From positions 9,627-73,626 of IMG/VR virus record IMGVR_UViG_3300045135_000252: a DNA stretch of 64,000 nt; one strand, written 5' to 3'. The stretch comes from a virus. Positions 1 to 10,438 of the stretch are shown here, piece by piece (positions within the stretch are counted from its first letter, which is position 1; the number at the start of each line of letters is the position of its first letter). The translations under genes were made by a program, and so were the position numbers. The notes below the pieces were generated by a model, which was given only the letters and a program-made list of their open reading frames with translations, was not told the origin of the DNA and made no database searches.

Positions 1-351
1 ATCACAGAATGGGTTCTCCGTGGAGAGCCTACAACAGAATCAGAGTTCAACCAGATGTTCCGCAAGGTCACTGGAGCAGACGACAATGGTAGTGCTATTG
101 AGTCGGCGAATCAGGCAGACTGGGGCGTAGACTGGGCAACAGTATCAGCCAAGGTCACTGAACTGACAGCGGCAGAGCCTATGAAGGCATTGCGTGAAGA
201 GCGTAACCGCCGTATCGCTCAAACAGACTGGATGGCACTTGGCGATGTTACAATGTCAGATGCGTGGGCAACCTATCGTCAGGCGCTACGCGACATTACC
301 GATACATACAGCTCACTAGACGATGTGGTGTGGCCTACTAAACCGGAGTAA
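1..351 (+). CDS. Tail fibre assembly chaperone-like protein (5'-truncated)
   Basis: The frame is open from base 1 (ITEWVLRGEP...). The C-terminal LREERNRRIAQTDW...WATYRQALRDIT...WPTKP motif is typical of phage tail assembly chaperones. Confidence 0.75.
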   Translation: MTEWVLRGEPTTESEFNQMFRKVTGADDNGSAIESANQADWGVDWATVSAKVTELTAAEPMKALREERNRRIAQTDWMALGDVTMSDAWATYRQALRDITDTYSSLDDVVWPTKPE

Positions 352-354
352 GAC

Positions 355-774
355 ATGGCTTACATAGGTAGATTCTCAAACAACGTAGCCGTCCGGCAGA
401 CGTACTTTTATACCGCTACTGGCGGAGAGACGTCGCTGTCTGGTGCTGACGATAACAGCAACCCACTTGTTTTTACTGATGGTACTTACGTTGACGTCTA
501 CCTGAACGGCGTGCTTCTGGTTAAAGATACGGATTACAACGTCAACACAGCGAATACAATTGCTGGCCTTTCCGCCCTATCTGCGAGCGATGTGGTCGAG
601 ATCGTTGTGTATGACATATTTAGCATCGCTGGGCTTTCTAGCTACACGAAAACTCAGAAGGTTCCTTTTTACAAATCTGACAGCACTTTGGATACAATTA
701 GCCTAACGTCGGATGACAAAATTCCATTTACTAAATCAGACGGGTCAGCAAGCAACGTCCCGTTAACGAATTGA
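355..774 (+). CDS. Tail fibre-associated structural protein
   Basis: MAYIG start, YTATGGET and VDVYLNGVLL...DY beta-rich motifs; lies in the tail region. Confidence 0.65.
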   Translation: MAYIGRFSNNVAVRQTYFYTATGGETSLSGADDNSNPLVFTDGTYVDVYLNGVLLVKDTDYNVNTANTIAGLSALSASDVVEIVVYDIFSIAGLSSYTKTQKVPFYKSDSTLDTISLTSDDKIPFTKSDGSASNVPLTN

Positions 775-782
775 GGTGAAGC

Positions 783-1208
783 ATGGCTAAGTTAGTCAAA
801 TCCATATACACAGGTTCGGATGTCACGGCGCTTGGCGAACTCACTGCTGCTGACACTATCGAAGGAGACATCACTTTTGCTGCTGACGTAGATGTCAACG
901 GTGCGGCGACTGGCACAGTAACAGCCGATAACGATGGCTCGTTTGATATGGCTGTCGGTAACTTCTTTACATGTACGCCAACAGGCGCAATCGACCTGAC
1001 CTTTACAAACGAAACAGCGGGCCAGTCTGGGATTATCTTGTTGGTCAATACGACTCCACAAGTTGTTACAGTTTCGCCAGATGTCTGGTTATCAGATGCT
1101 GACCTTACTGCGATCAACGCGGCGGGTACTTACCTAATCGGATACTTCTGCCCAGACGGTGTTAACGTATACTTATCAGCGACACCTGCTTTGACTGAGG
1201 GGGCGTAA
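783..1208 (+). CDS. Putative tail fibre component
   Basis: 141-aa Thr/Ala/Gly-rich ORF with a GAGGTG RBS in the tail cluster. Confidence 0.55.
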   Translation: MAKLVKSIYTGSDVTALGELTAADTIEGDITFAADVDVNGAATGTVTADNDGSFDMAVGNFFTCTPTGAIDLTFTNETAGQSGIILLVNTTPQVVTVSPDVWLSDADLTAINAAGTYLIGYFCPDGVNVYLSATPALTEGA

Positions 1209-4200
1209 TGTCTCTTATACCTGTACCAGCAGCCATGCAAGCCGCCACTCGCGGCTTCTACCCCAAGGTCATCAATGGGTCTTTGCGATTCAACGATGAT
1301 GACAGTGCGTACCTGAGTTATAGATTTGCGGCAGGTAATCAAAAAGTTTGGACTTGGAGTGGTTGGGTTAAGCGTGGAAATTTAACCGGATCGTCTCAGC
1401 AGTTAATGGCAAGACGTAATTCAACCAATTCAGAAAGACTTAGTTTAGCTTTTGATTCATCAGATAAATTAACATTTCTATCTATAACTGGTGGAACTAC
1501 GGTTGGTGATATTCAAACAAACGCCGTCTTTCGTGACCCATCGGCTTGGTATCACGTTGTATATGCGTTAGATGCGGCAAATACTTCTCTAAAGATTTAT
1601 GTTAATGGTGTAGAACAGTCTGTTAATGTTACTACCGCAATATCAAATACCGACCATCAGTTCAATGCCCTTAACGCCATTGCAGAATTAGGTAGATTGC
1701 CTAATGCGGCAGTTGCATATCTTGACGGTTACCTAGCCGATGTACACTTCATTGACGGCCAAGCACTCACAGCAGACGACTTTGGCGAGCTAAAGAATGG
1801 CGTATGGGTTGCTAAAGACTACGCAGGAACTTACGGCACGAATGGCTTTTACCTGACCTTTGAAGACGACACAGAGGTAGAGGCGTTTAATACTGTTTTG
1901 TACAGAGGTAATGGTGGTACGCAGAGTATTACTGGCGTTGGCTTCTCACCTGACCTAGTGTGGGCAAAAAAACGTGGCTCTACTGCCGCAAGTCATCGTT
2001 TATTAGACACAGTGCGTGGCGTTCAAAAGAATTTGTATTCTGATTTGACTAGTGCAGAACAAACGCAAAACAGTGTTATTTCTTTTGACTCGGATGGATT
2101 TACTGTTGGCGATAGCGCAGGAACTAACGGATCAGGAGACACTTTCGTTGCTTGGTGTTGGGACGCAGGGGCTAACAACGCAGTCACAGGTCATTCGTCT
2201 GTTATTTATACTGGTAATGGCGGTACGCAGAAGATCAGTGGATTTGGCTTTAGCCCTGACTTGGTATGGATCAAGGATCGCAGTAATGCTAGAGACTCAG
2301 TAATTTTTGATACGGTAAGAGGTGCCGCAAATTATTTAAGAAGCGCATCCACAGCCGCTGAAGGAACGTCAACAACAACTTTATCGTCTTTCGACAAAGA
2401 TGGTTTTATATTGGGTAATAATGCGGCTAATAATAATACAAGCGAAACCTATGTAGCTTGGGGTTGGGACGCAGGAGACAGCGATCCTGTATCAAACACT
2501 GATGGTTCTATTACATCGACTGTAAAGGCTTCAACGACTAATGGATTTAGTATTGTTAGTTGGACTGGTACTGGAACCGCAGGAACTATTGGTCACGGCT
2601 TGGCTGAGGCGCCTACTTTTATTATTGCCAAGTGTAGAACGTTTAATACAGCTACGGGTAGTGGTACGCATTGGCCTGTTTATCATACCGGCGTCGGACC
2701 AAGTGATATTCCATATTTAAGTAGAGATGTAGCGCCTATTAGTGCTGCCCAAGTGTGGAATGCTACTGCACCAACTGGAGCAAGCGATGCCATTCCTTCG
2801 GTATTCAGCGTGGGTACCAATGTAAATACTAACGCAGCACCTACTGGTGGTACTGCGGACTATGTTGCCTACTGTTGGCACGATGTAACTGGCAAGCAGA
2901 AGTTTGGCACATACACTGGAAATAATACGGCAACAGGCCCGACAGTGGACTTAGGATTCCGTCCGGGCTTTGTAATGATTAAGAACGCTGACGGTACTGG
3001 CAACTGGAATATCTTTGACGGATCACGATTCCCATTTGCGGATAATGACTTGTTCCTGAGAGCAAACTTAGCTAATGCTGAAGTTGATGGCTCTGGAGAA
3101 GGTGCCGATGCGTATGAGGTTGAGTTTACATCAACAGGGTTCATTCCTAAAGCATCTGGAGCATCTAGCCGTAGTCAGGTAAACGGTAGTGGTACATACA
3201 TCTATGCCGCTTTCGCAGGTAGCTACTCAGACTACATCACTGACTACAACACAGATGGCTCTATTGACAGCCGTGTGAAGGCTAGTGATACCACTGGGTT
3301 TAGTATGGTTAGCTACACTGGTAGCACATCTGAATCTGTCGGACATGGTTTAAGTTCTGCTCCTAAGTTTATAATTGTTAAGGATCGTAGTGCCGCATCA
3401 TCGTGGGCTGTTTACCACCAAAGTGTCCAAGATACGACTGCTAATGGGTTCTTAGAACTTAACTCAACTGCCGCTGTGCAGACTGGCAGTAACCCAAGAT
3501 TCTTGTCAGGAACAGCAGGAACTTCACAGCCCACAAGTACAGTGTTTTATGTGAACAACTACTCTGGTTCATCGACAAACAATACAGGTAACGACTACAT
3601 CGCCTACTGTTGGACAGAAACCACTGGCTACTCAAAGTTTGGAAGCTATAACGGTGACTCAACTACTGATGGGTCACACGAGATTAACGTAGGTTTCAAA
3701 CCTGCAATGGTTATCATTAAACACGCTACTGGTGCATACAACGGTGATTGGTTCTTATACGACAATACTCGTGACGTTCCTAATGGTGATAGCTACTTAC
3801 GTCCTAACTTGTCATCAGCAGAAACCGCTAACGGTGGAATGTTGCAACTAACTGATACTGGCTTTGCTTTCTACACCAACTCAGGTAGTCACAATCAGTC
3901 AGGCTTTGGTTACATCTATGCCGCCTTTGCAGACACCCGTGAAGCCGCTTTCTGGCTAGATCAGTCTGGTAACGACAACGACTGGCAACCTGTGAATCTG
4001 GATCATAACGATACAGTGGCAGATAGTCCTACGGATAACTTTGCTACTTGGAATCCATTGGCGAAACTAGGATCAGTTGCACTTCCAACATTCAGTGATG
4101 GCAACCTAACTCTGACCACAAACGCATCAGTAGACACAATGGCTGTTGCTACAATGGGTATTACTTCTGGTACGTTCTACTATGAAGCAACCCTGCGGTC

Positions 4201-4537
4201 AGCGAATACTTATCACCAGTTTGGTGTAGCATCCAAGACTGATTCAATTACAACTAGCACAGATCGTGTAACTTACTTTGGCTTTAATGGTTACATCTAC
4301 AATAACGCTACATCAACAGGCGGTTATGGAACTAATAGCGCAGGAGATGTACTTGGTGTAGCTTGTGATGCTGATGCAGGAACAGTGAAGTTTTACCTGA
4401 ACAACACATTGTTAAGTACGGAAAGTTGGACTTCTAACACTGGCTTGTATATTCCATTTATGGCGGGTTCAAACGGAACATACACAGCAGATGTAAATTT
4501 CGGCCAACAACCCTTTAAGTACGATCCACCGGCATAA
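1208..4537 (+). CDS. Large tail fibre / receptor-binding protein with ConA-like (LamG) domain, repeated beta domains and C-terminal SPRY-like domain
   Basis: SLRFN...WTWSGWVKRG...FRDPSAWYHVV (LamG); repeated GFSPDLVW.K...VAWCWDAG and NTDGSI...YIYAAFA units; GTFYYE...GDVLGVACD...NFGQQPF (SPRY-like). Confidence 0.8.
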   Translation: MSLIPVPAAMQAATRGFYPKVINGSLRFNDDDSAYLSYRFAAGNQKVWTWSGWVKRGNLTGSSQQLMARRNSTNSERLSLAFDSSDKLTFLSITGGTTVGDIQTNAVFRDPSAWYHVVYALDAANTSLKIYVNGVEQSVNVTTAISNTDHQFNALNAIAELGRLPNAAVAYLDGYLADVHFIDGQALTADDFGELKNGVWVAKDYAGTYGTNGFYLTFEDDTEVEAFNTVLYRGNGGTQSITGVGFSPDLVWAKKRGSTAASHRLLDTVRGVQKNLYSDLTSAEQTQNSVISFDSDGFTVGDSAGTNGSGDTFVAWCWDAGANNAVTGHSSVIYTGNGGTQKISGFGFSPDLVWIKDRSNARDSVIFDTVRGAANYLRSASTAAEGTSTTTLSSFDKDGFILGNNAANNNTSETYVAWGWDAGDSDPVSNTDGSITSTVKASTTNGFSIVSWTGTGTAGTIGHGLAEAPTFIIAKCRTFNTATGSGTHWPVYHTGVGPSDIPYLSRDVAPISAAQVWNATAPTGASDAIPSVFSVGTNVNTNAAPTGGTADYVAYCWHDVTGKQKFGTYTGNNTATGPTVDLGFRPGFVMIKNADGTGNWNIFDGSRFPFADNDLFLRANLANAEVDGSGEGADAYEVEFTSTGFIPKASGASSRSQVNGSGTYIYAAFAGSYSDYITDYNTDGSIDSRVKASDTTGFSMVSYTGSTSESVGHGLSSAPKFIIVKDRSAASSWAVYHQSVQDTTANGFLELNSTAAVQTGSNPRFLSGTAGTSQPTSTVFYVNNYSGSSTNNTGNDYIAYCWTETTGYSKFGSYNGDSTTDGSHEINVGFKPAMVIIKHATGAYNGDWFLYDNTRDVPNGDSYLRPNLSSAETANGGMLQLTDTGFAFYTNSGSHNQSGFGYIYAAFADTREAAFWLDQSGNDNDWQPVNLDHNDTVADSPTDNFATWNPLAKLGSVALPTFSDGNLTLTTNASVDTMAVATMGITSGTFYYEATLRSANTYHQFGVASKTDSITTSTDRVTYFGFNGYIYNNATSTGGYGTNSAGDVLGVACDADAGTVKFYLNNTLLSTESWTSNTGLYIPFMAGSNGTYTADVNFGQQPFKYDPPA

Positions 4538-4549
4538 GGAGAAGGAATT

Positions 4550-5644
4550 ATGGCATATAACAAATTATCCACTGCTAACCTTCCTGATCCTGTCATTGAT
4601 CCTGCGACTGGTAGTAGCCCTGGAGATTACTTTAATACTGTGTTGTATACGGGTGATGATGTTGATGGACGCAACATCACTGGCGTAGGCTTTGATCCTG
4701 ATTTTGTGTGGATTAAAAGCCGTAGTCTTGCAACAAGTCATTTACTAAACGATGTAATTCGTGGTGGTAACGCAACACTGTTTTCAGAAGCAACTTATGC
4801 TGAGACAGCAAACAACGGTGGTGGTTACCTAAGCGGCTTCGTTACCGATGGGTTTTCTGTTACTTCAGGATCATCTGGTGATAATGCTGTTAATAATACA
4901 GGTTCTACTTACGCATCTTGGAACTGGAAAGCCAATGGATCAGGCGTAAGCAACACTGATGGCGACATAACAAGCACAGTCAGCGCAAACACTGATGCGG
5001 GCTTTTCAATCACGCTCTACACTGGGGATGGCACTAATGGAACAAGAACTGTTGGTCACGGTCTATCTCAGAGTCCTGAGTTTGTCATAGTAAAAAATAG
5101 AGATGTAGTTCAAGACTGGATGGTTTGGACGCATGATTTGCCAGCTACTGAAAACTTACGTCTTAACACTACGGATGCTGCAAGTACCCCTTCCAATCGA
5201 ATTAATTCAGCAAGCTCAACGACTGTCGAACTCAACGCCGATTCTGGAACTAAAGTTAATTCTTTGGGCGATAATTTTGTCATGTACTGCTTCCACTCAG
5301 TCGAAGGCTTCAGCAAGATTGGTAGCTATGTCGGCAACGGTAGTACAGATGGCCCGTTTGTGTACACAGGGTTTAGACCTGCTTTCATTATGAGCAAGAG
5401 GACAGATAGCACTGGTGATTGGCATATGTATGATGTTAAACGTGATACATACAATTACGTTCATAATGCGATATGGGCAAACTACTCTAGTGCTGAGTAT
5501 GACTATGGAGCAACTCAGGTCTGGGATATTTTATCCAATGGATTTAAGGCTAGAACTTCTAGCGTAATTAATAACAGTTCGGGTGCAACCTACATCTACA
5601 TGGCATTTGCCGAACAACCCATGAAATTTAGTAATGCGAGGTAA
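4550..5644 (+). CDS. Tail fibre protein with one copy of the same repeated domain
   Basis: YFNTVLYTG, GFDPDFVWIKSR, SNTDGDITSTV, GFRPAF and YIYMAFAE are homologous to the repeats in the upstream gene. Confidence 0.8.
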   Translation: MAYNKLSTANLPDPVIDPATGSSPGDYFNTVLYTGDDVDGRNITGVGFDPDFVWIKSRSLATSHLLNDVIRGGNATLFSEATYAETANNGGGYLSGFVTDGFSVTSGSSGDNAVNNTGSTYASWNWKANGSGVSNTDGDITSTVSANTDAGFSITLYTGDGTNGTRTVGHGLSQSPEFVIVKNRDVVQDWMVWTHDLPATENLRLNTTDAASTPSNRINSASSTTVELNADSGTKVNSLGDNFVMYCFHSVEGFSKIGSYVGNGSTDGPFVYTGFRPAFIMSKRTDSTGDWHMYDVKRDTYNYVHNAIWANYSSAEYDYGATQVWDILSNGFKARTSSVINNSSGATYIYMAFAEQPMKFSNAR

Positions 5645-5650
5645 CAACTA

Positions 5651-6199
5651 ATGTGGACTTATCTAGGAAAGCGGGTCCGCGAAGGGCGGATTTGGACAGA
5701 CAACGAAGGACGCCGGTATCCACCACAGTGGTGGGGTGCTACCTCCTATGACGATAAGGTTTCTCTTGGGCTTGTATGGGTAAATGACCCCGCGCCTTAC
5801 GATAACCGTTTCTACTGGGATGCGAACACACCTAAGAACATTGAAGACGTTGATGCAGTCGATGAAGACGGCAATCCAGTCCTTGATGAAGATGGTGTGC
5901 AAATTGTTACAAAGGGTCTGAAGTCACAAGCCATTGCACAGACTAAAGTCACAGCAGGATCGCTTCTAGCTCCGACAGACTGGATGGTGATTAAGGCGGC
6001 TGAGGTTGAAGGCTTCTCTGTCCCTGCTGAGGTCACTACATACCGAGCTGCTGTGCGTACTGCATCGAATGACATTGAGGCGGCGATTACTGCGTGCACT
6101 ACACATGATGCGTTCATGGCGCTGTATACTACGCCTGTAGACGAGAACGGTGATCCAACTGGGCCAGCGCCAATCAATGCGTGGCCGGAGGCTATCTAA
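5651..6199 (+). CDS. Tail fibre chaperone-like protein
   Basis: LLAPTDWMVIK...YRAAVRTAS...WP motif; directly follows the fibre genes. Confidence 0.65.
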   Translation: MWTYLGKRVREGRIWTDNEGRRYPPQWWGATSYDDKVSLGLVWVNDPAPYDNRFYWDANTPKNIEDVDAVDEDGNPVLDEDGVQIVTKGLKSQAIAQTKVTAGSLLAPTDWMVIKAAEVEGFSVPAEVTTYRAAVRTASNDIEAAITACTTHDAFMALYTTPVDENGDPTGPAPINAWPEAI

Positions 6200-7171
6200 A
6201 TGGCAATCAGTAAGATTGGTGCTAACGCTATTGCTTCTGGCGCAGTCCCAGACGAGGTTACTAAGTCTGCTTCTGCTCCCTCTTCACCAACCGCAGGCGA
6301 TATTTGGTACGACACTACAAATGATTTGATGAAGCATTGGGATGGTAGTGATTGGGTTCAAATGTCCAACACATTCAACGCAACTGGTGGCACAGAGGTT
6401 ACTTCTGGTGGCTATAAGTATCATACGTTCACAACGTCAGACACGTTCAGCGTTACCTCAGGCTCAGAGAGTGTCGAGTATTTAATCATCGCAGGCGGTG
6501 GCGGTGGCGGTCAATTTTATGGCGCTGGCGGTGGCGCGGGCGGCTTATTGAGTGGCACATATACCGCTACCGCAGGTAGCTACAGCATCCAAATTGGTGC
6601 TGGAGGAGCTGCTAAAACTATCAACCAAAACGTAGCTCCTGATAACGGAGGTGATTCTACTGCATTTGGACTGACTGCGATTGGCGGAGGCGGAGGCGGA
6701 GGCAACTTCACTGCTTCAAACGGCCTCGGCCAGTCTGGTGGATCAGGTGGAGGTTCTAAAGCATCTGGTGGTTCTGGTGGTTCTGGTACATCAGGTCAAG
6801 GTAATGACGGTGGTGATGGTACTGATGGTGTTTATTGCGGCGGTGGTGGAGGAGCCGGTGGAGCCGGTGGAACCGGAGTTGCAGGAACATCAGCCGGGGA
6901 CGGAGGTGCAGGAACGACTGCATATTCTACTTGGGCTACAGCCACATCAACAGGAGTCTCTGGATATTACGCAAGTGGTGGCCCCGGAGGTGGAGGTACT
7001 AATGATGCACACGGAGACTATTCACCGGGAGCAGGTATTGGTTTAACCCACGCCACTGCTAACACAGGCTCTGGAGGCTCTGGTGGCGGGCAAGGTGATT
7101 ACACTAGTTCTGGAGCGTTATCTTCATCTAACGGCGGTAGCGGTATTGTGATTATTAGATATGCAGTTTAA
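6200..7171 (+). CDS. Glycine-rich tail fibre/adhesin protein
   Basis: APSSPTAGDIWYDT, YKYHTFT, GGGGGG/GGGGAGG tracts and a GGSGIVIIRY C-terminus. Confidence 0.75.
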   Translation: MAISKIGANAIASGAVPDEVTKSASAPSSPTAGDIWYDTTNDLMKHWDGSDWVQMSNTFNATGGTEVTSGGYKYHTFTTSDTFSVTSGSESVEYLIIAGGGGGGQFYGAGGGAGGLLSGTYTATAGSYSIQIGAGGAAKTINQNVAPDNGGDSTAFGLTAIGGGGGGGNFTASNGLGQSGGSGGGSKASGGSGGSGTSGQGNDGGDGTDGVYCGGGGGAGGAGGTGVAGTSAGDGGAGTTAYSTWATATSTGVSGYYASGGPGGGGTNDAHGDYSPGAGIGLTHATANTGSGGSGGGQGDYTSSGALSSSNGGSGIVIIRYAV

Positions 7172-7183
7172 AGGAAACAAACA

Positions 7184-7564
7184 ATGGGACACTTTGCAAA
7201 AGTAGTAGATGGTAAGGTAGCAAAAGTCATTGTTGCTGAACCAGAATTTTTTGAAACATTCGTAGACGATTCACCGGGTAAATGGATTCAGACATCCTAT
7301 AACACTCGTGGTGGCGTCCACTACGATCCTGCGACTGGTGAGCCGTCTGCAGATCAGAGCAAGGCGCTGCGTAAGAACTACGCTGGTAAGGGTTACACAT
7401 ATGACGCAACTCGTGATGCGTTTATTCCACCTCAGCCATACGCTAGCTGGACACTAAATGACGATAGCTGCCTATGGGAAGCACCTGTTGCATACCCAAC
7501 TGATGGTAAGATGTACCAGTGGGACGAAGACACAACCAACTGGGTTGAAGTTGTAGGAGAGTAA
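7184..7564 (+). CDS. Partner/chaperone of glycine-rich fibre proteins
   Basis: MGHFAKV, WIQTSYN, LRKNYAG.GYTYD, DAFIPPQPY.SW, W.APV..P and Y.WDE motifs are typical of the gene found next to Gly-rich fibres. Confidence 0.7.
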   Translation: MGHFAKVVDGKVAKVIVAEPEFFETFVDDSPGKWIQTSYNTRGGVHYDPATGEPSADQSKALRKNYAGKGYTYDATRDAFIPPQPYASWTLNDDSCLWEAPVAYPTDGKMYQWDEDTTNWVEVVGE

Positions 7565-7565
7565 G

Positions 7566-8639
7566 ATGAGCAAGGCGCGTGGTATTTCTAATCTCGTAGA
7601 CACAAACGGTGATGTGGTTGCCGGTGCGCTTGATAATGCTCCTGATCCCATAACTAAATCTTCGTCTGACCCAACTATTTCTACTAACGGAACGCTGGGG
7701 GATGTGTTTGTTAACACCACATCTGGTGAAATGTTTGTTCTCACTGATGCCACTACAGATAACAATGTGTGGACTAACGTAGGGGATGGATCAGGTGCGA
7801 TTGGTCCTTATGCTATTTCTTACGTTGTCGTCGGTGGCGGCGGCGGTTCCGGGCAAGACCGTGGTGGCGGTGGCGGCGCAGGTGGATACCGTAATTCCTA
7901 TGCTTCAGAAACCTCTGGACGTAATTCTTCGACGGAGACTCCACTATCGGTTCTTGCAGGAACAGTTTTAACCATCACTGTTGGCGGCGGCGGTTCACCG
8001 AGCGCGGCAAGCAACACTGCTGTTGGTGGTAACGGCGAGGAATCTAAGATTGAAGGTACTGGAATCAACATCGTTGCATCAGGTGGCGGTGGCGGCGGGT
8101 CGCAAGCCGCTGAAGGTGCTGATGGTGGATCTGGCGGGGGTAACGGCTCTGGTAAAGATGTTGCTGCAGGTGGCGCGGGGACTAGCGGCCAAGGTTTTGA
8201 TGGTGGTCAGGGTTACGCCACAGAATCTGGCTCATACCTTCGTCAAGGCGGTGGCGGTGGCGGTGCCTCAGAAGATGGCGTGACTGGTACTTCTTCTGTT
8301 AGAGCAGATGGTGGTGACGGACTTACAACAAACATTAAAGGGACCGGCTCTCCACTTACTCTTGCTGGAGGTGGTGCAGGGGGCTTGCAATCCGGTACAG
8401 GCATCGGCGGTGCAGGTGGTGGCGGTAACACCAACGTAGATGGTGGCACTAACACCGGAGGCGGTGCAGGTGGTGGCGGTGATTCATCTGCGGGTAAAAC
8501 AGGCGGTTCAGGCATTGTTATTCTTCGTATGGCTACAGCGGATTACTCTGGTACTTACACTGGAGCTGGAGTCACGACAGGGACCGACGGTTCAGATACA
8601 TACTTAGTGTTCACTCAATCTGGCACATACACAGCGTAG
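7566..8639 (+). CDS. Second glycine-rich tail fibre/adhesin protein
   Basis: MSKARGIS start, YVVVGGGGGSG...GGGGAGG and GGSGIVILR. Confidence 0.75.
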   Translation: MSKARGISNLVDTNGDVVAGALDNAPDPITKSSSDPTISTNGTLGDVFVNTTSGEMFVLTDATTDNNVWTNVGDGSGAIGPYAISYVVVGGGGGSGQDRGGGGGAGGYRNSYASETSGRNSSTETPLSVLAGTVLTITVGGGGSPSAASNTAVGGNGEESKIEGTGINIVASGGGGGGSQAAEGADGGSGGGNGSGKDVAAGGAGTSGQGFDGGQGYATESGSYLRQGGGGGGASEDGVTGTSSVRADGGDGLTTNIKGTGSPLTLAGGGAGGLQSGTGIGGAGGGGNTNVDGGTNTGGGAGGGGDSSAGKTGGSGIVILRMATADYSGTYTGAGVTTGTDGSDTYLVFTQSGTYTA

Positions 8640-8647
8640 GAGGCTAG

Positions 8648-9604
8648 ATGTTTAGCGCCTTTCCTTTTGCCTCAAGTGCTTACTCGAGCACACCCATATC
8701 CGTTGAGGTAAATGTAACGGGGCTAGCGGCTGTCTCCGCGTTAGGCACAACCACTGTAACTGCATACGCTAACCACACAGAAACAGGCTTAGAAGCTACA
8801 TCTACGCTGGGCACAACTACAATAACTGCCGATGCAAGTGCGACTGAAACGGGCCTAGAAGCTACAGGTGCGGCTGGCTCCGTCACCATAACAGCCGATG
8901 CAAGCGTTACTGAAACCGGACTTCTAGCTACTGCAGCACTTGGTAACGAAGGTGTTGGCGCTGAAGCAAATATCTCCGAAACAGGACTAGAAGGCACATC
9001 AGCCCTTGCGTCTGTAACAGTAACAGCCGATGCAAACCATACGGAAACCGGCTTAGAAGCTGTATCTGCTCTTGGCACCGAAACTGTACGGATCGTATTT
9101 AATTTCAACGTAGTTGGCTTGGAAGCCACTGGTGCTACTGGTACGGTGACTGTAACAGCCGATGCTAACACCACAGAAACTGGCGTAGAAGCAACTGGAG
9201 CTGTAGGCACTGCCACTGTACAGGCAGGAGCGAGCGTCACGGAAACTGGCGTAGAAGTCACAGGCGCAGTTGGCTCAGTCACAGTCACAGCAGACGCAAG
9301 TCACGCGGCTGTCGGTGTTAATGCAAGTGCATTACTTGGTAGCGAAACTGTTAGTGCAGAGGCGCAAATCACCGAGACTGGACTTGGAGCTACTGGCGTA
9401 GTTGGTAGCGAAACAGTTGATGCAGCGGCTAATGTCACTGTACTTGGTCTAGTAGCTGCAGGTACACTAGGCGAAACATTCGTTTGGAGCTTGGTGGATG
9501 ACGCCCAGACTTCAAGCTGGGTAGATGTAGATGATTCACAGAGCACCACGTGGACACTCGTGGATGACGGCAACACGGTAACGTGGGTTGAGATTAAAAC
9601 GTAG
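8648..9604 (+). CDS. Repeat-containing tail structural protein (about 12 x 22-aa repeats)
   Basis: Recurring TETGLEATGA.G.VT.TADA unit and a Trp-repeat C-terminus (W..VDD). Confidence 0.7.
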   Translation: MFSAFPFASSAYSSTPISVEVNVTGLAAVSALGTTTVTAYANHTETGLEATSTLGTTTITADASATETGLEATGAAGSVTITADASVTETGLLATAALGNEGVGAEANISETGLEGTSALASVTVTADANHTETGLEAVSALGTETVRIVFNFNVVGLEATGATGTVTVTADANTTETGVEATGAVGTATVQAGASVTETGVEVTGAVGSVTVTADASHAAVGVNASALLGSETVSAEAQITETGLGATGVVGSETVDAAANVTVLGLVAAGTLGETFVWSLVDDAQTSSWVDVDDSQSTTWTLVDDGNTVTWVEIKT

Positions 9605-9611
9605 GTGAGAT

Positions 9612-10436
9612 ATGGCGAGTTCATACAGTAACAATCTGAAAATCGAATTGATGACTACAGGTGAGAAAGCCACCACTTGGGGATCAGTAACAAACACAAA
9701 CCTAGGCACTGCCTTAGAAGAAGCGATTGTTGGCTCTGCTGACGTTACATTCTCAAGTGGCGATCTCTCGATCAGCCTAACTAATTCAAACTCGACACAG
9801 ACCGCACGCCACGTACGTCTCAACCTGACGGGTACTACTGGAGGCACAGCACGCACACTCACAGTGCCTGATGTCGAGAAGACTTACATTATTAACAATG
9901 GCTGTGCGGACGCTGTAGCTATCTCTAACTCAACTGGCTCGACTGTCTCTGTCCCCGCCGGTAAAACAATGTGGGTGTATTCGACTGGATCTAACGTCGT
10001 AGACGTAACTACACACGTTACATCTCTTACAGTAGGCGCAAGCGCCGATCCAGTAGTCACAGAAGCTGCGACCCAGACGCTGACTAACAAGACTCTGACG
10101 TCTCCAACGATCACTACAGGTTCACTAGGGGACAGCACGGCGACTACACAGACTGCGGGCGACAACTCAACTAAAGTGGCTACAACTGCTTACGTCGATG
10201 CGGCTACAGGCTCGCTAGGTACTATTTCTACACAGAACTCAGATAGCGTAAGTATCACAGGTGGCTCAGTCTCTGCCACTTTGTCAGGTGATGGCTCTAG
10301 TATCACAGCGTTGAACGCTACGCAGTTGACATCAGGCACAGTGCCAGCCGCACGCATACCGGCTGCTACAAGCACAACATTGGGTGGGGTCAAGGTGTCC
10401 CTGTCTGGTTCCACACTAACTATTAGTACGAGCTAA
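9612..10436 (+). CDS. Tail fibre protein (proximal)
   Basis: MASSYS...GE...TWG..TN.NL N-terminus; TQTLTNKTLTSP and DNSTKVATTAYV fibre motifs. Confidence 0.75.
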   Translation: MASSYSNNLKIELMTTGEKATTWGSVTNTNLGTALEEAIVGSADVTFSSGDLSISLTNSNSTQTARHVRLNLTGTTGGTARTLTVPDVEKTYIINNGCADAVAISNSTGSTVSVPAGKTMWVYSTGSNVVDVTTHVTSLTVGASADPVVTEAATQTLTNKTLTSPTITTGSLGDSTATTQTAGDNSTKVATTAYVDAATGSLGTISTQNSDSVSITGGSVSATLSGDGSSITALNATQLTSGTVPAARIPAATSTTLGGVKVSLSGSTLTISTS

Positions 10437-10438
10437 CT

